Source of the DNA: an uncultured Monoglobus sp. | GTDB taxonomy: Bacteria > Bacillota > Clostridia > Monoglobales > Monoglobaceae | NCBI GenBank assembly: GCA_947624775.1 | Contig: CANQLT010000001.1 | Location: forward strand, 2,184 to 66,183 | Length of the DNA stretch: 64,000 nucleotides | Direction of reading: 5' to 3' | Shown: positions 37,732 through 45,034 of the stretch, piece by piece | Numbering within the stretch: the first letter of the stretch is position 1 | Layout: each line of letters begins with the position of its first letter | Notes under the pieces: model-generated | Databases searched by the model: none | Told to the model about the DNA's origin: nothing | The model's input: only the letters and a program-made list of their open reading frames with translations | Made by a program: the position numbers and the translations under genes

Positions 37732-38298
37732 TTATTTAAGTTTTGTTCCGCATTTTTTGCAATAATTCCACGTTTTATCATTAACGTAACCGCATACACA
37801 TCTAATACCGTCAATCGGTATAGGCTCCCAATGAAAATCACCATCAACGTCATCAACAGCATCAGCGGCATCGGCTGCATCGGCAAATTTGAAAGGCTCG
37901 TCAAGGTTTTCGGGTGAAAAATGTTCTTCATTTGTCGAATAATCCTCAACCGTACCTTCATTTTCGGAAGACGTGAAAGCCGTTTCACTCAATTCTCTCA
38001 TTTTGGCAAATGATTTGAGTAAGCTTTTAGAAGGCAGCTTCCCTTCAATTCCGAGGTTGTAACATATGTATCCAAGCTCTTTCATTTTGTCGTCAATACG
38101 CTTTTTTATCTCTGCCTCGCTGTCGCTTTCGCCTATGTTGCGATAGCCAAACATTATGCTAAAAAGATTTTTGATGTATTCGATTTTATCCTTGGGAACA
38201 CCGCAGTTCTCATTGCCAACACTGATGTTATAGCAGCCGTAACCCATTTCCACGGCAGCTTGATCTATATCAATGTCTTTTTCCAATGACACATTCAT
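37732..38298 (-). CDS. Hypothetical protein with C-terminal zinc ribbon
   Basis: Ends RCVCGYVNDKTWNYCKKCG. The N-domain was not recognised. The coding frame is clean and tightly packed. Confidence 0.55.
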   Translation of the reverse strand: MNVSLEKDIDIDQAAVEMGYGCYNISVGNENCGVPKDKIEYIKNLFSIMFGYRNIGESDSEAEIKKRIDDKMKELGYICYNLGIEGKLPSKSLLKSFAKMRELSETAFTSSENEGTVEDYSTNEEHFSPENLDEPFKFADAADAADAVDDVDGDFHWEPIPIDGIRCVCGYVNDKTWNYCKKCGTKLK

Positions 38299-38309
38299 GC
38301 GAGCACCTC

Positions 38310-40877
38310 CTAATATCTGCGTTTATACAACGTGACAAACAGCAACGCCAGCAGCATTCCGACAGTCGAAATAACAATTTTATTTCTAAACAATCCGAAA
38401 AACCATATCAAGATTGCTGAAAATCCGTTATAGTTCATATTTTGAAAATCAGGCGGCTGAGGCATCCCGCCGTTTTGTCCATCCATACCGGGAGGAGGTC
38501 CGGGAGGCATACCGCCGTTTTGTCCGTCCGTTCCCGGCGGTGGTCCGGGAGGCATACCGCCGTTTTGTCCGTCCATTCCCGGCGGTGGTCCGGGAGGCAT
38601 CATTCCGCCACCCACGGATTCGCCGACTTGAGTAAGAACGCTGCTGACAGTGAAATGAGCGGCGTTTTCGTCGTTAATATAGACGTCATACTCTCCTCCG
38701 GTTTGGATCTTATCTCCGCTCAACAGCAATAAGCTGAAGTTGTTATCGGCATTGAAAGCGTATAATTCATCATCGCCTGAACGAACAGAAATACGAGAAC
38801 CCGCTTCACCATAAGTATTAAGCCATATGCAATTCTGGGCCGAATCCTCGGAAGGCATCTCATTCATTCCGCTGCAGCCGGCTGTCAGCAATACTCCGCC
38901 GTTCATCAAAAATACACCGTCAAAGTCTATCGCCGAATCCGGACCCGACCCCGGGCCTGTGGCGATAACATTTCCTCCGTTGATTTCTATATTTCCGTTT
39001 GAATCAACGCCGTCTCCGCCGTATAATATCCATATATCACCGCCGTTTATTCTGATGTTTGTATCGAGATCTCCCGACATCATTCCCGGCGGCGGTCCCG
39101 GAGGCATGCCTCCGTTTTGTCCGCCCATTCCCGGCGGCGGTGGTGGGGGCATACCGCCATTTTGTCCGTTCATTCCTGGCGGCGGTCCCGGGGGCATACC
39201 GCCGTTTTGTCCGTTCATTCCCGGCGGCGGTCCCGGGGGCATACCGCCGTTTTGTCCGTTCATTCCCGGCGGCGGTGGCGGTGGACCGCCCGCTCCACCG
39301 GGAGGAGGCATCATCATACCTGTACCGGAATTTATACCGTCATCCTTGGCGATAATATCAATTTTTCCGTCATTAATTTCAACATATTTCGTCGCTTCCA
39401 TACCTTCATAGCTGGTAGCGATCTTTATCTCTCCGCCGTTCATTTTTAATTCATTATCAGCGTGAACTCCGTCATCGCCGGTACTGATTTTAAAATTACC
39501 GCCCGAAATAACAATGTTACCGTCGGAATGAACCGCGTCATCTCTTGAATTTATATTGTATTCGCCGGATTTTATCTCCATCAAATCTCCTGCCTTCAAC
39601 GCTTTTGCACTGGGCAGTTCCGGCTGCTCGGTTTGCGCTGCGTCGGGAGCTGTATCGGGAGGTGTGTCAGGAGCTGTATCGGGACGTGTATCGGGAGGTG
39701 TGTCAGGAGCTGTGTCGGGAGGTGTCTCGTTCATTTGATTCGCATCCGCGTTTGCGGGATCGTTTTGATCCGCCTCAGCGGTTGAGTCCCCTTCGTTCGC
39801 AGCGCCTCCCGGACCGCCGGGACCTCCAAATCCCTGGGTTCCGCCGGGGCCGCCCGGACCTCCGGGACCGCCCGGGCCGCCGAATCCGGGCGGCATATCG
39901 GCCGGGGTTTTAATCGGAGCCGATTCATAACCGCCTCCGGTTTTTATTTCATACTTCGTTTCTCCGTTTAAATACAAACCTCCCGCGGAGGCGATACCGT
40001 CACCTGCGGAATCGATATTAAGCGTTCCGCCTTCAATCGCTATGAAACAATGAGTTTGCTCTGATTTTGAAGACTCTTTTTTTATTGTATTCAAATCCGT
40101 TGCATCAACAGGGTCGGCCTGAGCAACAACATCATCAGCTGTTTTCGGAAGACTGCCGGATTTTATTCCGTCTCCCACTGATGTGGTAACATTTATTTTC
40201 GCGTTTTCTATATATACGGATTTATTTCCGGTCACAGCGTCATCTTCAGCCTCAACGCTGACAGTTCCCGACATAATTTTAAGATTACCCGGTGTTTTTA
40301 TGCCGTCTTTCCTGTTTCCATTCACCGAAAGAGTTCCCTCACCGTTGATTGTGATGTCAGAAGCGCTGTATATAACTGAGTCTATTGTATCGGTTGACAG
40401 TTTGTTGCGATGATATTCCGAAGAATCAGAAAATTTGTTAACCGTACCCTTTAACGCAGATAAGGTTAACTTTTGAACTTTATATGCACAAACTGCGGCA
40501 AAATTCGGAGATTCAATAACTGCATTGTCAAGATATATCTTAACGTCTCTTGAATCACCCGTCGATATTATAAGACCGCCTTTGCTCCAGCGCCCTTTTA
40601 ATATATATTCTCCGCCGTTTAAAATGTAAATATCATTATCTCGCACGGCAACACTGCCGCTGTCGCATTTAACGCTATCTTCTTGCATTTCAATGGTCGT
40701 CGCGTTTCTCGGCTCTATATAGTCGTCGCCCGACAGCTGCACAACATGTTTTTCGCTGTATCTGACGATTTTACTTTCGTTGGCCTTATAATGGGTAATT
40801 CCCAAATAAACCGATAAAATCAATGCCGCGCTGATTAAAATAAATGATATTACTTGTGTTATTTTAGACTCTGTCAT
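38310..40877 (-). CDS. Carbohydrate-binding beta-helix protein (PF14262/Cthe_2159-like) with proline-rich repeat inserts
   Basis: Repeated DDA(V/I)xS.GN..I.GG / DDGI(N/K)S beta-helix rungs. N- and C-terminal TM segments. PPGPPPGM(N/D)GQNGGM x7 and PDT(A/P) x7 repeats. Confidence 0.75.
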   Translation of the reverse strand: MTESKITQVISFILISAALILSVYLGITHYKANESKIVRYSEKHVVQLSGDDYIEPRNATTIEMQEDSVKCDSGSVAVRDNDIYILNGGEYILKGRWSKGGLIISTGDSRDVKIYLDNAVIESPNFAAVCAYKVQKLTLSALKGTVNKFSDSSEYHRNKLSTDTIDSVIYSASDITINGEGTLSVNGNRKDGIKTPGNLKIMSGTVSVEAEDDAVTGNKSVYIENAKINVTTSVGDGIKSGSLPKTADDVVAQADPVDATDLNTIKKESSKSEQTHCFIAIEGGTLNIDSAGDGIASAGGLYLNGETKYEIKTGGGYESAPIKTPADMPPGFGGPGGPGGPGGPGGTQGFGGPGGPGGAANEGDSTAEADQNDPANADANQMNETPPDTAPDTPPDTRPDTAPDTPPDTAPDAAQTEQPELPSAKALKAGDLMEIKSGEYNINSRDDAVHSDGNIVISGGNFKISTGDDGVHADNELKMNGGEIKIATSYEGMEATKYVEINDGKIDIIAKDDGINSGTGMMMPPPGGAGGPPPPPPGMNGQNGGMPPGPPPGMNGQNGGMPPGPPPGMNGQNGGMPPPPPPGMGGQNGGMPPGPPPGMMSGDLDTNIRINGGDIWILYGGDGVDSNGNIEINGGNVIATGPGSGPDSAIDFDGVFLMNGGVLLTAGCSGMNEMPSEDSAQNCIWLNTYGEAGSRISVRSGDDELYAFNADNNFSLLLLSGDKIQTGGEYDVYINDENAAHFTVSSVLTQVGESVGGGMMPPGPPPGMDGQNGGMPPGPPPGTDGQNGGMPPGPPPGMDGQNGGMPQPPDFQNMNYNGFSAILIWFFGLFRNKIVISTVGMLLALLFVTLYKRRY
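38461..38599. repeat. 45-bp tandem repeat, 3 units (coding)
   Basis: The unit ggcataccgccgttttgtccgtcc(a/g)ttcccggcggtggtccggga starts at 38461, 38506 and 38551. Confidence 0.9.
39081..39290. repeat. 45-bp tandem repeat, ~4.6 units (coding), same family as 38461-38599
   Basis: The unit cattcccggcggcggtcccgggggcataccgccgttttgtccgtt starts at 39081, 39126, 39171 and 39216, plus a partial unit. Confidence 0.9.
39643..39729. repeat. 12-bp periodic repeat (coding, PDTA/PDTP)
   Basis: gctgtatcggga / ggtgtgtcagga alternating units. Confidence 0.8.
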
Positions 40878-40886
40878 AATTTAACC

Positions 40887-41558
40887 TCAAGACATATATT
40901 CTCCGTTATAACTTACGAGGCATACATTCGAAACACCCGGGCAATTTGCCAAAGTGTTTACTATTTCTGATTCGCCTTTTTTTACTCTGACTTCATAGGT
41001 CAACTCTATGCCGTGCTTAGTAATATTTTTTGATTTAAGAGAATGTTTTTTGGTTCTTTTGCCAATCATTCCCGCAACCGCTTTTTCCGCTTGCTTGTCA
41101 GCGCAATTCGCCATTAGAATATACGGTGTATCAAATCCTTTTCTGTTTGCAAATATAAGAATAATCAATCCGATACAAACAGAGCCTATGACCGCGAGGG
41201 GAATAAATCCGGCTCCGACAACAATACCTACTCCGATTGACCAGAACAGAAATACAATGTCCATCGGGTCTTTAATCGCTGTTCGGAATCTCACGATTGA
41301 CAGAGCGCCGACCATACCAAGCGATAAAACGACATTTGCCGTTACCGCGAGAATAATAAGAGCTGTAACCATTGCCATGGTTATAAGTGATAATCCGAAA
41401 GAAGAGCTATACATAACGCCCGAAAAAGACTTTTTATATATCACAAAAATAAACAAACCAATCACAAAAGAAATTGCAAGTGCAATTAGAATATCAGCGA
41501 TAGTTAATGAAACTACCTGATCCAGAAAATTGGACTTAAAAATATCATTAAAAGTCAT
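40887..41558 (-). CDS. DUF4956-domain membrane protein
   Basis: VGALSIVRFRTAIKDPMDIVFLFWSIGVGIVVGAG is the DUF4956 core. It is the usual partner of VTC-domain genes. Confidence 0.8.
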   Translation of the reverse strand: MTFNDIFKSNFLDQVVSLTIADILIALAISFVIGLFIFVIYKKSFSGVMYSSSFGLSLITMAMVTALIILAVTANVVLSLGMVGALSIVRFRTAIKDPMDIVFLFWSIGVGIVVGAGFIPLAVIGSVCIGLIILIFANRKGFDTPYILMANCADKQAEKAVAGMIGKRTKKHSLKSKNITKHGIELTYEVRVKKGESEIVNTLANCPGVSNVCLVSYNGEYMS

Positions 41559-41608
41559 TATTTTCCCACCCTTTTCTTATAATTTAATATGTAAAATTTA
41601 TTTTTTTC

Positions 41609-42274
41609 CTATGCAAAACGCGTAGCCGCGTACTTTGAAAAAGAGGAAATACTCCTGCAGTTTGTTTGAACCGCGTGTCTTACAATCTGCGGAAGAAACT
41701 CATCCCACTTTACCTCGAGAATGGTGTTCTCATCGGCATAATCAAAGCCTGTGTCTTCCTTGAGAAAATTATACACATTTGCGCTGCCTTTAAGATTTTT
41801 GTCCAGCGTTACTCTGCAATTACCGGGTTCATACACAAACGCCTCTCGGTCATATATAACAATGCTAACCGGTCTGAGCTGCTGAAAATACATTTTAGAG
41901 TAAAGTTCCCGGATCAAATCATCCTCGCTTTCGCGCATCCAATCAATCTCTCCCCCGATAATCATTTCACATTTGTCAGAACTGATCTCAGTGGACTGTT
42001 TAAGGCATAAGCCCTTAATCTTACTCTTTTTTTCAAGCCGAATAAAACTTAAATCATCATTATAATATCTTATTCTGAACTTCTCACGTTTATCAACGCC
42101 ATACAGCTTTTCTTTGAGAGCCTTATTATTATAGTTATCAAAATAAAGACTTTTTATCGTATAATCTCCCAAGGGCCCGCAATGCTCGTCGCGTTTAAAA
42201 AGCACACTTAATTTACGCGATAAAACCAACGCGTCCCCTCTATTGATCATATATTTGCACTCGTGTCGAAACAT
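41609..42274 (-). CDS. VTC-domain (polyphosphate-polymerase-like) protein
   Basis: MFRHECKYMI...IKSLYFDN...REKFRIRYY...LEKKSK, the bacterial VTC (PF09359) pattern. Confidence 0.8.
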   Translation of the reverse strand: MFRHECKYMINRGDALVLSRKLSVLFKRDEHCGPLGDYTIKSLYFDNYNNKALKEKLYGVDKREKFRIRYYNDDLSFIRLEKKSKIKGLCLKQSTEISSDKCEMIIGGEIDWMRESEDDLIRELYSKMYFQQLRPVSIVIYDREAFVYEPGNCRVTLDKNLKGSANVYNFLKEDTGFDYADENTILEVKWDEFLPQIVRHAVQTNCRSISSFSKYAATRFA

Positions 42275-42330
42275 ATTTGCGTCTCCTAAATAATTCTGTT
42301 TTTTTCATATATTAATATATTAAGTATATA

Positions 42331-42360
42331 TTTCTCGCAAAACTATAATGTTTTACGAAA
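42331..42360. repeat. Left inverted repeat / recombinase core-site candidate
   Basis: tttctcgcaaaactataatgttttacgaaa, laid out arm-spacer-arm (cgcaaaac TATAAT gttttacg). Confidence 0.85.
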
Positions 42361-42385
42361 GGCAAAATTCACCATATTTTGTTTT

Positions 42386-42414
42386 ATTATAGCATAAATG
42401 AACAAAAAGTACAA
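42386..42414 (-). promoter_or_regulatory. Near-consensus extended -10 promoter reading leftward out of the cassette into the VTC gene
   Basis: On the minus strand, TTGTAC (rc of 42409-42414), 17 nt, then TGcTATAAT (rc of 42386-42394). Confidence 0.5.
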
Positions 42415-42549
42415 TATTTTTTTGGTAATTTTGTTTGTTTAAAATACATAATTTTGCCAAAACAATTTTGTGCAAAACGCAGAATTATTTGTATTTATTG
42501 ATATAATTAACTTATTTACCGTCAAATTTTTGGTACAGGAGGATAAGAT

Positions 42550-43623
42550 ATGTCGAGAAAAGGCGAAAACATTTATAAAAGAAAGGATAAACGATGGGAA
42601 GGACGATATATAGCAGCGTATGATGCCATGGGCAAAGCTGTGTATAAATCACTATATGGCAAAACTTATACCGAGGTCAAACTAAAGATGAAAAATCATG
42701 TTGAGCCGGAAAAAATTAATCCTGTAGCTATATCTTTTGTATCGTGGACAGAGGAATATCTTAAATCACAGGGTGACAGATTAAAGATAGGAACGTACAA
42801 GATTTATGAAAGATATATTGAAAACTACTTTAAACCGTTTTTTGGGAATACATCATTGCGCAAGATGAACAGTACAATTGTACAGGCCTTTGTTAATTCT
42901 TTGTCCGATTTGGCTCCTTCCACGGTCAAGGGCATTTTTTCCTTCATGCGCAAAGCCCTTAAAAAAGCTGACAAAGAAAATTATATCGTTCCTATATACC
43001 TTGATATAAACTTACCTAAAATTAAGCGCGGCAATGTTACGGTGTTCTCGCGAGAAGAACAGAAGCAGATTGAAAATACACTTAACATTGAGGAAAATCC
43101 AAATGATATAGGGATTTTGATATGTCTTTATACCGGGCTTCGCATAGGTGAGGTATGCGGTTTGAAATGGAGCGACATTGACTTTAAAAACGAGGATATG
43201 TATATAAACAGAACATTACAGCGATTGACTATAGATGGCAGATCCGTCTTGCGTGAACTGCCGCCTAAGAGCGAAACCTCGAAACGCAAGATCCCTATAC
43301 CGCCGTGTCTGCTTGTTAAACTAAAAACAGCGTGGAAATTGCGGCAGTCAGTATATGTACTTCAAACCAATTATCACGCAATGGATACAAGAACATTTCA
43401 ATATCAATACAAGAAAATATTAGAGTGCGCCGGTGTACGGTATGCCAACGCGCACACTTTGCGCCACACATTCAGTGTCCGCGCGCTGGAGCTTGGATTT
43501 GATATTAAAACATTAAGCGAAATACTGGGTCACGCTGACGCGACCGTTACGCTAAAGATTTACGCTCATTCTCTCGATGAACACAAAAGGAACAGCATGG
43601 CAAAGTTTGAAGAAATAATTTAA
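42550..43623 (+). CDS. Tyrosine-type site-specific recombinase/integrase
   Basis: SAM-like N-domain, GLRIGEVCGLKW (Arg I), HTLRHTFSVRALE (H-x-x-R), LGHADATVTLKIYAHS (catalytic Tyr). AGGAGG RBS. Confidence 0.9.
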   Translation: MSRKGENIYKRKDKRWEGRYIAAYDAMGKAVYKSLYGKTYTEVKLKMKNHVEPEKINPVAISFVSWTEEYLKSQGDRLKIGTYKIYERYIENYFKPFFGNTSLRKMNSTIVQAFVNSLSDLAPSTVKGIFSFMRKALKKADKENYIVPIYLDINLPKIKRGNVTVFSREEQKQIENTLNIEENPNDIGILICLYTGLRIGEVCGLKWSDIDFKNEDMYINRTLQRLTIDGRSVLRELPPKSETSKRKIPIPPCLLVKLKTAWKLRQSVYVLQTNYHAMDTRTFQYQYKKILECAGVRYANAHTLRHTFSVRALELGFDIKTLSEILGHADATVTLKIYAHSLDEHKRNSMAKFEEII

Positions 43624-43687
43624 TCACCGTATAAATTTTGGTCAAATTTTTATAGAAAGTCCGAGCCTATTTGACTTTTGGGGTTTA

Positions 43688-43717
43688 TTTCATAAAACAT
43701 TATAGTTTTGCGAAATA
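43688..43717. repeat. Right inverted repeat / recombinase core-site candidate
   Basis: tttcataaaacattatagttttgcgaaata. The spacer ATTATA is inverted relative to the left site. Confidence 0.85.
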
Positions 43718-43732
43718 GAAATCCGGATATTA

Positions 43733-43770
43733 AACCGCTGATTTCAGAAATATGAAATTAGCGGTTTTTT
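43733..43770 (+). terminator. Rho-independent terminator just outside the right repeat
   Basis: aaccgctgatttca / tgaaattagcggtt 14-bp stem (one G-U) followed by TTTTTT. Confidence 0.55.
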
Positions 43771-44052
43771 GCTTTTTCAGCTAATATCCCATTTAAAACA
43801 AAGCACAAACAATGTCATTTTTCAATTTAATGCTGTTTTATTTTTATGCAATTATATCAAATATATTCTATTATTGCGATATTTTTGAGAATTTATTCTA
43901 ATATTTATATAAATTTTATCGTGTATAATATAATAAAAAAACATGCAGCCATCCTTATCCGAACAAGCAAATCGAAATCGCAGACAAACCGGGCAGCATT
44001 GCGGGCGCAGATTACTTAGCGAATACATCCAATTTGTAGCCGCCTAAATGAC

Positions 44053-44093
44053 AAAATCCCGAAAAGATAACGCAAAACCGTTACTTTTCGGGA
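44053..44093 (-). terminator. Rho-independent terminator downstream of the vWA gene
   Basis: Minus strand TCCCGAAAAG ... CTTTTCGGGA 10-bp stem followed by TTTTGTC. Confidence 0.5.
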
Positions 44094-44227
44094 AAGAAGC
44101 GCAAAATCAATTGACAGGTATCCTTCCTCTTGCCTTTTCATCCACAACATCAAACCTTGTCAGAGCGCTGTTATGCTTAAGATACGCAAGTTTAACCGCT
44201 CTTGCAATTGGATTTTTCTTATACCTC

Positions 44228-44875
44228 CTATTTTTCTCTTTTAAACCTCTCCTCGATCCGTTTTTTCCAGCTTTTGTCGATAGGCGCGGCGCAGCAGCGC
44301 GCTTGTGTGATCGTTTCGCACATCACATCGTAGTTCAGCATGGTTCCTTCTTCATCGCTTTTGTAGTTAACGGCAAAATCGCGGTCGATGCCGATCATCG
44401 CGCCCATTTCGGCGGAGTCGATATTAGCGCCCAGAAACAAAAACTCCCAGCCGTATTTTTTCTTCTGCCGCTCGATCATCTTCTTCACTCTGTCATAGCT
44501 GTACTCGCGGCTGGCGTTTTCCATGCCGTCGGTCGTGATTATGAACAGCGTCTTTTCCGGCACGTCTTCATTTACGGCGTATTTGTGTATATTGCCGATA
44601 TGGCTGATCGTGCCGCCCACCGCATCCAAAAGCGCCGTGCAGCCGCGGGTGAAATATTCGCGGTCGGTCATGTCCTTTACGTCTTTGATCGGCGCGCGGT
44701 CACAGATCGTTTCGACCTCGTCGTCAAACAGCACCGTTGTGACATAGGCCTCACCATCGACCTTACGCTGCTTTTCAAGCATTGAGTTGTAGCCGCCTAT
44801 CGTGTCGCGTTCAAGGCCGTGCATCGATCCGCTGCGGTCCAGGATAAACACTATCTCCGTTAAATTCTTTTTCAT
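44228..44875 (-). CDS. von Willebrand factor A (vWA) domain protein
   Basis: IVFILDRSGSM MIDAS motif and a TTDGMEN vWA fold pattern. Start at ATG 44875 (AGAGAGG RBS) rather than the ORF-track 44956. Confidence 0.8.
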   Translation of the reverse strand: MKKNLTEIVFILDRSGSMHGLERDTIGGYNSMLEKQRKVDGEAYVTTVLFDDEVETICDRAPIKDVKDMTDREYFTRGCTALLDAVGGTISHIGNIHKYAVNEDVPEKTLFIITTDGMENASREYSYDRVKKMIERQKKKYGWEFLFLGANIDSAEMGAMIGIDRDFAVNYKSDEEGTMLNYDVMCETITQARCCAAPIDKSWKKRIEERFKREK

Positions 44876-45034
44876 TTGAAAAACCTCTCTTTCATTTAAT
44901 TGATGAGTTAATTTTACATCAATAAAAAGAGATTTTGGTCGCTTCATAAACGACATTTTTCAGTAAGGGAATACGATCCCCTCCCGAAAAAGTCCAACAA
45001 CAGGGCTTTATCCTTTATTGATATATCTGATTCT

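Larger units (their letters stand above)
42331..43717. mobile_element. Tyrosine-recombinase cassette bounded by inverted core sites (candidate invertible segment)
   Basis: 30-bp inverted repeats at both ends (27/30 identical, 21-bp perfect core). They enclose the integrase gene and an outward promoter. Confidence 0.6.

Noticed and set aside
17526-38298. FHA/STK/PP2C cluster as part of a T6SS, a T7SS or the actinobacterial cell-division locus
   Set aside because: There are no TssA-M/Hcp/VgrG genes, no EssC/EsxA-type genes and no RodA/PBP genes anywhere in the window.
38461-39290. Regular 45-bp direct repeats considered as a CRISPR-like array
   Set aside because: The units are contiguous with no spacers. 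They are in frame inside a long CDS and encode a 15-residue repeat. No cas genes are present.
38414-39913. Plus-strand ORFs of 73-194 aa rich in Arg, Pro and Gly
   Set aside because: They lie antisense to, or out of frame with, the proline-rich 45-bp and 12-bp repeats of the beta-helix gene. These are repeat-generated shadow ORFs.
42550-43623. Integrase as a marker of a prophage or ICE
   Set aside because: No phage structural, replication, conjugation or excisionase genes are nearby. The flanking sites are in inverted, not direct, orientation and only 1.4 kb apart. That fits an inversion cassette better than an integrated element.
43771-44052. AT-rich 0.3-kb stretch with a TATAAT-like box (cgtgtataat) and a 34-codon ORF (MQPSLSEQ...)
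   Set aside because: There is no convincing -35 element or RBS. A plus-strand transcript here would only run antisense into the vWA gene. It is left unannotated, though it may matter as the landing zone of the inverted promoter.
44048-44785. 245-aa plus-strand ORF
   Set aside because: It lies entirely antisense to the well-supported vWA gene (MIDAS motif, RBS). The sequence is low-complexity and Arg/Ala/Phe-rich, with no RBS and no recognisable domain. It is a shadow ORF.
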